This document shows positions 1 through 7,307 of a stretch of 13,523 bases of DNA, in pieces. Location of the stretch: assembly GCA_049472355.1 (NCBI GenBank), contig JBLIRP010000094.1:1-13523 (forward strand), in the 5' to 3' direction. This DNA is from a bacterium. GTDB lineage: Bacteria > SZUA-182 > DTGQ01 > JAFGSM01. Both the position numbers and the translations under genes were made by a program. Position 1 is the first letter of the stretch, and each line of letters begins with the position of its first letter. The notes under the pieces were generated by a model. That model was given only the letters and a program-made list of their open reading frames with translations, had not been told where the DNA came from and did no database searches.

Positions 1-340
1 GTTCTCGACACCCCTGGCCTGGAGCTTGCTGCGGTGAACGATCTGATGCCCGCCGAGAACCTGGTCTACCTGTTGAAGTACGACACGGTGTACGGGAGAT
101 ACGAGCGGGAGGTGAAATTCGCGGATGGGGGTCTGCTCGTCGACGGGGAGGGGCATCCTGGGGGTTACCGATGACCCGGTTGTCTCGTCGGACATCATCA
201 AGGACCCCCGGGCATCGATCGTCGACCTGGGGATGACCCAGGTGGTGGACGGTGATCTGGTGAAGGTGATGAGCTGGTACGACAACGAATGGGGGTATGC
301 GAATCAGATGGTACGCGAGGCATTGCGCATGGTGCGATAG
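1..340 (+). pseudogene. gap: Type I glyceraldehyde-3-phosphate dehydrogenase pseudogene; 5' end outside the window; large internal deletion with frameshift
   Basis: Frame 1 from base 1 reads VLDTPGLELAAVNDLMPAENLVYLLKYDTVYGRYEREVKFADGGLLVDG, the GAPDH N-terminal VND...YLLKYD region, and stops at TGA 172-174. From about 152, frame 2 reads GILGVTDDPVVSSDII...DLVKVMSWYDNEWGY, the GAPDH C-terminus, to TAG at 340. The central region with the catalytic ASCTTN motif is absent. Confidence 0.9.
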
Positions 341-565
341 CACCGTATGCGAACCCGCCGTTTTCATATGCATCTACGGGGTTGTGCAGGGCGGTGTAAG
401 GAGGCGCATGTATGGTTTCTTCCTGGTCTTGCGGGATATGCATGGAAGGGTCGTGATCCATCGGCTTGCCATCACATGAATCGATAGGAAGACGGATGAG
501 GCGGGCGCGGGTTATTCCTTGATTTCGGAGCAGGGCGGAGGAGTTATCGAAAGGAGGAATGATCT

Positions 566-2062
566 ATGCGAAGGGTTCCATGTGCCATACTGGCATTGAT
601 GATCGGCCTGGTGGGTATATATATGACAACGGCATGCATTGCCGCGGTCACCCCGGCAAAGGTCCCCGAGATCACGGACATCGATATCGCCTATGCGGTG
701 AAGGCAGAGCTTCTTGCGGATGAAGCGGTCTCCGCCCACTTGATCGACGTCCAGGCAAAGAAGGGTGTTGTCACCCTCTCGGGATCGGTGGACAACCTCG
801 TTTCCAAGGAACGGGCCACCATAATCGCCGAGAGCATCAAGGGGGTCCGCTCAGTGGTTAATCTCATCGAGGTGAGGCCGGTTGAGCGCGGGGACGAGGA
901 AATCCTCAAGGACGTGGTAAAGGCCCTTGCCCTGGATCCAGCGGCGGATGCCTATGAGCTCAAGGTCGAGGTTGACGGCGGGAAGGTGACCATCTCAGGC
1001 ACCGTGGACTCCTGGCAGGAGAGGCACCTGGCTGTTTTGATAGCGAAGGGGGTCAAGGGGATCCGGGAGGTGAAGGACGAGATTACAGTGGAGTACAAGG
1101 AGGATCGCCCCAGCCAGGAGATCATGAAGGATGTCCGGCGCCGTCTGAGCCTCGATCCCTATATCGATGATGAAGGTATTGAAGTAATGGTAAGGGGTGG
1201 TACGGTAACCCTGAGCGGCACTGTGGGAAATGCCGCACAAAGGAGATACGCTTACTACGATGCCCGGGTAACCGGGGTGAGCGACGTGGATACCACCGGC
1301 CTGCGGGTGGAAACGGGGCCCTTTGAGCGGTCCATGAAAAAAAGGAAGTATGTGGTGAAATCCGACCAGGAGATCCAGCAGGCGATAAGGGACGCATTTG
1401 TGTACGACCCCCGGGTATGGGCATTTGAAATCGACACGAAGGTGAACAAGGGGGTGGTTACCCTCACCGGGGTGGTGGACAACCTGAAGGCCAAACGTGC
1501 TGCGGGAAGGGATGCCGGCAATACCAACGGTGTCGTGGAGGTCAACAACCATATTAAGGTGCGTCCCGTGAATCCCCCAAGCGACGAGGAGCTTCAGAAA
1601 CACGTGAGGGATGCCCTGGAGCGGGACCCCTTCATCGACCGGCACGACATCAACGTGGTCGTCCTGAATGAGAAGGTACACCTATACGGGAGTGTTGACA
1701 ATCAATACGAGAAGCTCAGGGCGGAGAGCCTTGGATCCCGGATAATCGGGGTGGCGGAGGTAAAGAATCTGCTGAGCGTGCATTATACCTGGCCTCGGAA
1801 AAGTGACCGCGAGATCAAGGAGGACATCGAGGGCCAGTTTTTCTGGAGCCTGTATGTGGACGGCGATGATTTTTCGCTCGGCGTAGAGGATGGGGTGGTC
1901 ACCCTCAGCGGCATCGTGGACAGCATGCTGGAGATGCATGCGGCGATCGAAAATGCATTCGAGGGCGGGGCAAAGGCGGTGAGGAGCCGTATCCATGTAA
2001 AGGAGGCGCCCTATTACTATCCTGAATACTATACCTATGGGGATCGATTCATATCGAATTGA
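566..2062 (+). CDS. Exported multi-BON domain protein (six BON repeats, OsmY-like)
   Basis: RBS AAGGAGG at 551-557; hydrophobic N-terminal signal peptide; six ~70-aa repeats of the pattern D-x-x-I...D-P...I-x-V...G-x-V-T-L-S-G-x-V...G-V-x-x-V-x-N. Confidence 0.92.
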   Translation: MRRVPCAILALMIGLVGIYMTTACIAAVTPAKVPEITDIDIAYAVKAELLADEAVSAHLIDVQAKKGVVTLSGSVDNLVSKERATIIAESIKGVRSVVNLIEVRPVERGDEEILKDVVKALALDPAADAYELKVEVDGGKVTISGTVDSWQERHLAVLIAKGVKGIREVKDEITVEYKEDRPSQEIMKDVRRRLSLDPYIDDEGIEVMVRGGTVTLSGTVGNAAQRRYAYYDARVTGVSDVDTTGLRVETGPFERSMKKRKYVVKSDQEIQQAIRDAFVYDPRVWAFEIDTKVNKGVVTLTGVVDNLKAKRAAGRDAGNTNGVVEVNNHIKVRPVNPPSDEELQKHVRDALERDPFIDRHDINVVVLNEKVHLYGSVDNQYEKLRAESLGSRIIGVAEVKNLLSVHYTWPRKSDREIKEDIEGQFFWSLYVDGDDFSLGVEDGVVTLSGIVDSMLEMHAAIENAFEGGAKAVRSRIHVKEAPYYYPEYYTYGDRFISN

Positions 2063-2104
2063 ATGCGCAGCCGTTTCCCGCCGGACATGGATGGCCGTTC
2101 GGAT

Positions 2105-2128
2105 GTGCCCTTCCGTGGGAAGGGGCGC
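2105..2128 (+). terminator. GC-rich hairpin after the BON gene, possible terminator or stabilising stem
   Basis: GCCCTTCC-GTG-GGAAGGGGC inverted repeat about 45 nt after the stop codon; no U-tract. Confidence 0.3.
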
Positions 2129-2139
2129 CGTCATGCGGT

Positions 2140-2534
2140 GAATAACGGCTGCGGGGCCACCGCACCCTGATCGTGGCCCCGGAATTCGAACGAATGCCGG
2201 AACGCGAGGAGGGGGTGGTCAGGGTCCCGGCCATACAGCGCTTCAACGGCAGCGACTTCTCCTACGGGACGAGCAGGCACACTTCCTTATCGTGGGAGAC
2301 GGATCTATGACGGACGAACTCAAGGACCTCTTTAGCAAGGCAGGGATCGATGAAAGGGTCCATTGGGCCAGGGTCCTCACCGGCAGGTCCATGGTGGACA
2401 GCTACCACGCCATGGATGTGTTCGCCTTCGCCTCAAAGAGCGAGACCCAGGGGATCGTGGTTGCCGAGGCCATGGCTGCCGGTCGTCGGGTTCGAACCGG
2501 TGATGATGACCTCTGGGTACGGTCCATGAATCTC
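2140..2534 (+). pseudogene. GT4 (GT-B fold) glycosyltransferase pseudogene
   Basis: 2146-2262 reads RLRGHRTLIVAPEFERMPEREEGVVRVPAIQRFNGSDFS (GT4 N-terminal part), preceded by an in-frame TAA at 2143. Another frame from about 2265 reads RDEQAHFLIVGDG...DVFAFASKSETQGIVVAEAMAAG, the GT4 E-x7-E motif. There is no start codon, and the middle and the C-terminal part are missing. Confidence 0.85.
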
Positions 2535-2694
2535 ACAAGAAAACGAGCAGGGCGATGCATGCAATCCCGTTTCGCAGGGACGATGGCTTTCGTATGTATC
2601 CTCGATGTATAATGGGTCTCTTATAACGCATCTGTTCATCATGACTACACATGCCGGCCGGTCAGGGGACAGCCGGCAGACGCCCGTAATGCCC

Positions 2695-3495
2695 TCATTC
2701 CCCAGCTTTACCCTGGCACCGGGGGCAGTAATAGGCGGTGCGGCCGGATACCTTGATAGTGGCGATATCCCCGCCGCACCTCGGGCATCCCCTATCCGTG
2801 CCCCGGAGCGGAATAAGCCAGGTATCAGGCATATGTGAGGGATCGGCCTTCTTGTCAATGGCGGTTTGGAGCACTTCCTTCAACTTTTTGAATATTCTCT
2901 GCATGGTCTCTTCATTCAGCCCGGTGAGGTCGCTTTTGGGGAACACCCCTGCCTGGAAGAGGATCTCATCGCAATAGATATTACCGATACCTGCCAAGAT
3001 CTCCTGGTTCATGAGCGCCGATTTTATCGATCCCCTCCGCCCGGAAAGGGCCTCCTTGAAGGCGGTGAAATCCATGTCCGGGGAGAGGGCGTCGGGTCCC
3101 AATCCCTTTTTTTTCACGAACGCCCCCGGTTCATCGGTCAGACCGATCGAGCCGAGTTTCCGCTGGGATACATAGGCAAGGTGATAGCCGTTGGAAAACC
3201 CTATCAGGAGGCGATCATGGGAGGGATCATGGTCCATCTGTTTGAAGTATTTAAGATATCCGCTCATGCCGAAGTGCAGGACCAGCCATCCGTTATCATC
3301 CAGGTGTGCGAACAGAAACTTGCCGTGGCGGAAGGTCTCCTCAAAGCTGCGTCCCTTGATGGCTGACTGCAGCTTTTTGGCGGACAGGGATTCCAGCAGC
3401 CTGTCGCTTCGCACCTCCACCCCTTCGATCGATTGATGAAGCGAGGTTGCATCCAGGTATCGTCTTAAGATCTCCACATCCGGCAATTCAGGCAT
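2695..3495 (-). CDS. Fpg/Nei family DNA glycosylase/AP lyase, 266 aa
   Basis: True start is MPELPDVE at 3495 (catalytic Pro2/Glu3) with an AGGAGGGA RBS. Motifs HGKFL, HFGMSG, LGPDAL, H2TH GIGNIYCDEIL and a C-terminal CPRC...CPRC zinc finger. The ORF-track extension to 3828 is spurious because the Pro must be N-terminal. Confidence 0.93.
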   Translation of the reverse strand: MPELPDVEILRRYLDATSLHQSIEGVEVRSDRLLESLSAKKLQSAIKGRSFEETFRHGKFLFAHLDDNGWLVLHFGMSGYLKYFKQMDHDPSHDRLLIGFSNGYHLAYVSQRKLGSIGLTDEPGAFVKKKGLGPDALSPDMDFTAFKEALSGRRGSIKSALMNQEILAGIGNIYCDEILFQAGVFPKSDLTGLNEETMQRIFKKLKEVLQTAIDKKADPSHMPDTWLIPLRGTDRGCPRCGGDIATIKVSGRTAYYCPRCQGKAGE

Positions 3496-3536
3496 GATCC
3501 CTCCTATGTCCATGTCCGGGAAAGATGTGCGGCCGG

Positions 3537-3710
3537 TCAGGTGACCATATATCCCGCTACGATGGATCCCAGGAACAGGGCCACCAGCACCCAGAAGAAT
3601 ACGCTGAAGATCATGGCCGCGGTGGCTTCCGTCCCTCTCCGCGCCGTCCCGGCGGATGCCGCGGTCCTGTTCTCCGGGGTGGCCGCGGCAAGAAGCAGGG
3701 CGAGGATCAC
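3537..3710 (-). other. 57-codon membrane ORF or gene remnant, not in the ORF track
   Basis: GTG(3710)..TGA(3537) reads VILALLLAAATPENRTAASAGTARRGTEATAAMIFSVFFWVLVALFLGSIVAGYMVT. Most codons end in G/C and there is one clear TM segment; it ends 41 nt before the fpg start. No clear RBS. Confidence 0.4.
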
Positions 3711-4092
3711 TTTTCAATTCGCGGGCCGGAGGCCGAATCCAACACGGATGTCCTGGCGCATGGCCCCGCCTTGCAGGGAGCCGTTCGCTGCATGTCCCGT
3801 CGGGCCGTCCTTTTTGATGGAGGGGCATGAGGCGCCATGGGAGGGTGGGCGTGATTCCGTCAACCGACTGTCGGATGGATTGATGATTTGATTCGGCAAC
3901 GTGTTTCTGGTATCAATGAACTGGGTCTCGTGCCATCCCGTGCTCCGGGACTCAAGGGGCATAATCGGAACTGCCGGGAATGACCGGCAATTCAGATTGC
4001 GACATTGCATCGTCGTGGGCGGGCATGTTTGCGCTCCCGGCCCTAAGGTCCACAATGGGAATTGCCGGTGAATGACTCAGGGGGATTGTTAC

Positions 4093-5157
4093 ATGGAATT
4101 CAAACGGTATAATATCTATTTCCTTTTTCTCCTGCTCGCTGCAAACGGGATTCTGATCTATCTCATCTTCAAACCCTTTCTCATTGCCATACTCACCGCA
4201 GCGGTGCTGGCGGTCGTTTTTAACCGCCCTTATCGATTTTTCCTCAAGATCTTCCGCAAGCGCATGGCGATCGCCTCCCTGCTCACCTGCATCCTGGTTG
4301 CGGTCACCATCATCATCCCGGTATCGGTTATCCTCGGCCTGGTGGTGAGGGAGGCGAACAGCCTGTACCAGGGGATATCCTCGGAGACCGGCGTGTACCA
4401 GAAATACATAGCCGAAGCGCTGTCGTATCTCAAAAACCTTCCCTTTGCCCCGTCGCTGAAGCCCGAAGAAATCCTGGGGCAAAAGGGCGTCATGGACGCA
4501 CTGAGGAACCTGAGCCAATGGCTGATCCTGATCGTGAGGAAGACCTATGAGAATGTCATGGGGATCGGCATCGGCACCTTCGTGATGTTTTTCACCCTTT
4601 TTTACTTCTTTATGGATGGGGAGCGGCTGGTGGAAAGGCTCCTGTATTTGAGCCCGTTGAAAAAGACTCAGGAGGAAATGCTTCTCGGAAAATTCGTGTC
4701 CATCAGCAGGGCGACCCTCAAGGGCGCCCTCATCGTAGCCATCATCCAGGGACTCATCGGAGGGATCACCTTTGCACTCACCGGGGTCCCTTCGCCGATC
4801 ATCTGGACGATCGTGATGATCATCCTGGCCATGGTCCCCCTGCTGGGATCTGGCCTGGTATGGTTCCCGGTGGGGGTGGTGCAGCTTCTGACCGGTAATG
4901 TCTGGCAGGGTATCGTAGTGCTGGGCGTGGGCGCCGGGATAATCTCCACCATCGACAACCTGCTCAGGCCCCGGTTGGTGGGACACGACATCCAGATGCA
5001 CCCCTTGCTCGTGTTTTTCGCCACGCTCGGCGGCATTGTCGTGTTCGGGATTCCCGGGTTCATTCTCGGCCCCATACTCACCGCGTTTTTCTTGACCCTC
5101 CTTGAGATCTATGCAATAGAATTCAAGCAACAGCTCGATACCACGGACCAGTCCTGA
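4093..5157 (+). CDS. AI-2E family (PerM/YdiK-like, UPF0118) transporter
   Basis: About 8 hydrophobic segments; FYFFMDG, VAIIQG, P-L-L-G-S-G-L-V-W-F-P, IDNLLRPRLVG, HPLLVFFATLGG...FG..GFILGP. ATG 4093 follows an AGGGGGA RBS; the ORF track start at 4072 is less likely. Confidence 0.93.
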   Translation: MEFKRYNIYFLFLLLAANGILIYLIFKPFLIAILTAAVLAVVFNRPYRFFLKIFRKRMAIASLLTCILVAVTIIIPVSVILGLVVREANSLYQGISSETGVYQKYIAEALSYLKNLPFAPSLKPEEILGQKGVMDALRNLSQWLILIVRKTYENVMGIGIGTFVMFFTLFYFFMDGERLVERLLYLSPLKKTQEEMLLGKFVSISRATLKGALIVAIIQGLIGGITFALTGVPSPIIWTIVMIILAMVPLLGSGLVWFPVGVVQLLTGNVWQGIVVLGVGAGIISTIDNLLRPRLVGHDIQMHPLLVFFATLGGIVVFGIPGFILGPILTAFFLTLLEIYAIEFKQQLDTTDQS

Positions 5158-5164
5158 GTTCATC

Positions 5165-5362
5165 CCCAGCCGTGTTCATCGGCCAGCGGTTCTCCTCCGG
5201 GGTGGCAAGGGAGTTTCCCCGCTTGGTCATCAACGTGATCACCGCCACCATCATCAGCCCCTCGGCGATCTGCCAGGCATTTGCAGGGATCAACACGGAG
5301 GGAGGGCTCTCCAGATGGCCGAGGCCCCTGTTGGTGAGCACGGCGAGCAGCAGGAGGACCGA
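5165..5362 (-). pseudogene. Possible C-terminal remnant of a membrane transporter (NRAMP-like)
   Basis: A start-less frame after the ldh stop reads SVLLLLAVLTNRGLGHLESPPSVLIPANAWQIAEGLMMVAVITLMTKRGNSLATPEENRWPMNTAG. It has two hydrophobic stretches and an N-x4-N-x2-G pattern resembling NRAMP C-termini. Confidence 0.3.
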
Positions 5363-6319
5363 TCAATATCCTATCCTGTGCAGCACCTGTTTCAGGCTCT
5401 CCGCCGAATGCCTGAACCGATCCTGTTCCTGCTCGGAGAGCGTTAGTGTCAAGAATCGCTCCACCCCGGTTTTATTCACCCGGGAGGGTATGCTCAGGCA
5501 TACGTCGTTTACATCGTAATAGTCGGTGATCAGGGTGGAAATGGGAAGCACGGAGTTCTCGTCCCGCAACAGCGCCTCGGTGATCCGCACCAGTGCAAGG
5601 GCGATCGCATAGTAGGTCGCCCCTTTGTCCTCTATGATCTTGTAGGCGGCGTTCTTTACCTCTTCGAAGATATGTTCGCGGTTTCGCTCCATGTCGCATT
5701 GCCTCTGCTGGACGCAGTGCGTGCAGTAAGCCTCGAAGTGCATGCCGCCGATGCTCGCGTTGCTCCAGACCGGAAGCTCCGTATCCCCGTGTTCACCGAT
5801 GATGTAGGCGTGCACGTTCCTGGGATCCACATTACAGTGGTCGCTGAGCAGGTACCGCAGTCTCGATGTGTCCAGGACCGTTCCCGATCCCAAGACCCTG
5901 TGGGAGGCATACCCGGATACCTTCAGGGTGACATAGGTGAGGATGTCCACGGGATTGGTGACCACCAGGATCACGGAATCCCCGGCGTACCTGGTGATCT
6001 GGGGGATCATCTCCTTGAATATTCCGACGTTTTTCTCCACCAGATCGATCCGGGTCTGTCCCGGCTTCTGGCTCGCACCGGCGGTAATAACCACCAGGTC
6101 CGAGCCCGCGCACCCTTCGTATCCTGCATCGTATATCCTTGCCGGCTGCGCAAAGCTCAGGCCATGATTCAGGTCCATGCACTCACCGGCGGCCTTATCC
6201 CGATCCAGGTCGATGAGCACGATCTCCCGGGCCAGCCCGCTGAGCATCAGGGAAAAGGCAAAGGCGCTTCCCACGTTTCCGGCACCTATGACGGCTACCT
6301 TGGGCCTCATTGCAGTCAT
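5363..6319 (-). CDS. ldh: L-lactate dehydrogenase
   Basis: GAGNVG Rossmann motif; substrate loop GASQKPGQTRIDL has Gln (LDH) rather than Arg (MDH); VTNPVD, SGTVLDTSR, catalytic GEHGD, KGATYYAIA. RBS AAAGGGGGA. Confidence 0.96.
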   Translation of the reverse strand: MTAMRPKVAVIGAGNVGSAFAFSLMLSGLAREIVLIDLDRDKAAGECMDLNHGLSFAQPARIYDAGYEGCAGSDLVVITAGASQKPGQTRIDLVEKNVGIFKEMIPQITRYAGDSVILVVTNPVDILTYVTLKVSGYASHRVLGSGTVLDTSRLRYLLSDHCNVDPRNVHAYIIGEHGDTELPVWSNASIGGMHFEAYCTHCVQQRQCDMERNREHIFEEVKNAAYKIIEDKGATYYAIALALVRITEALLRDENSVLPISTLITDYYDVNDVCLSIPSRVNKTGVERFLTLTLSEQEQDRFRHSAESLKQVLHRIGY

Positions 6320-6490
6320 GATCGTCCCCCTTTCGGTCTTTCGTTATGTTCGGAATGCCGGCTTGTCCTGACCATACCATGTCTTGATCATGATTTTGTA
6401 TGAAGTTTTATAATGAATTATTTGTTTTTATGAGTTCTCATCCCTCGTTGCGATCGAAGGATCATGATGGCTATTGTGCAATCATGGTCT

Positions 6491-6552
6491 ATTATGTAAT
6501 CGTAGCCATGCCGAGTAATCGTAACCCCATTATGTAATTGAGAACCTATTAT
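6491..6552. repeat. Degenerate 19-bp-period tandem repeat in the AT-rich region upstream of ldh
   Basis: Units ATTATGTAATCGTAGCCAT (6491), GCCGAGTAATCGTAACCCC (6510), ATTATGTAATTGAGAACCT (6529), then ATTAT (6548). GTAAT recurs at 6496, 6515 and 6534. Confidence 0.6.
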
Positions 6553-6757
6553 AGTATAAAAAGAGGTGTGAAAGGATTGCCTTTTTCGCCTTCTTTATGG
6601 CCATTTCCCATAACGTGGCCGGTAATGATGAATGGAACAGCGGTATCAGTCCCGGGCAGCAGGGGTTTTTGATGATCCGGTTGCAGGATCAGGCGATTGT
6701 GCCTCGATATCCGGTTGCTTATATGATGCCCCGCCCTTGAATAAACGAAGACCTACC

Positions 6758-7213
6758 TCAAAAGGGGTAAAAAGGCAGCAGCCCTCCGGCAATGATCGCT
6801 GAAAGGAAGAGTGCCTCAGGGGTGTAGTCTTCAGGGTAGAGATAGATCGTGAAGGGCGCCTCCAGTTCCTCAAGTTTAATGGTATCCAAATCCGGCGGTT
6901 TGATGAGGACCTTGATATCCGTAATCGCCGACGGTGGCAGAAAGATGGTGGTGGTACCCGCGATACGGGCTAGAGGACTTTGTAAAGGCGAAGGAACGGC
7001 AAAGGTCGGGGGATTGGAGAAAATGGGGTTCAACCACGCCTGGCCATAGAAGGGGCTCAGGGTCGGCAGGAACGGGCGAAATGGTCCCCAAACGGCATAG
7101 GGATTTATCCACTGCGCTGTTGATGGCTTCCCAATGCTCATGACTGCCACAATGAATATCACAAGAACAGACCATCCGAATCCCTTGATCAGAAACCGTG
7201 CCTTCATTTCCAT
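6758..7213 (-). CDS. Hypothetical exported Pro/aromatic-rich protein, 151 aa
   Basis: Basic N-terminus plus hydrophobic helix and a likely STA|QW cleavage site; Pro-rich mature part; hydrophobic C-terminal end. A GGGGGGA tract abuts ATG 7213, so the real start may be ATG 7207. Confidence 0.7.
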   Translation of the reverse strand: MEMKARFLIKGFGWSVLVIFIVAVMSIGKPSTAQWINPYAVWGPFRPFLPTLSPFYGQAWLNPIFSNPPTFAVPSPLQSPLARIAGTTTIFLPPSAITDIKVLIKPPDLDTIKLEELEAPFTIYLYPEDYTPEALFLSAIIAGGLLPFYPF

Positions 7214-7289
7214 CCCCCCAAATCATCGTAAACAACGCGGCAAGACCGTGTCGACGCCTTTCGGCACCTTTAATTACCGTTTTTATATA

Positions 7290-7307
7290 AAGCATTATTA
7301 ATACCAA
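7290..7307 (-). promoter_or_regulatory. Sigma54-type -24/-12 promoter for the 151-aa gene
   Basis: Minus strand TTGGTATTAATAATGCTT has exact GG-N10-GC spacing, with TGG and TGCT flanks; predicted +1 is about 7280. Confidence 0.6.

Noticed and set aside
2655..3545. 15/16-nt direct repeat CGGCCGGTCAGG(G/T)GAC at 2655-2670 and 3530-3545 flanking fpg
   Set aside because: About one such match is expected by chance in 13.5 kb of GC-rich DNA, and there is no integrase or other cassette feature.
3496..3828. 111-aa N-terminal extension of Fpg in the ORF track
   Set aside because: Fpg/Nei enzymes need an N-terminal Pro; MPELP at 3495 has its own RBS, and the extension overlaps a more coding-like frame.
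6675..6718. 10-bp direct repeat ATCCGGTTGC at 6675 and 6709
   Set aside because: Only two short copies; not CRISPR-like and not distinguishable from chance.
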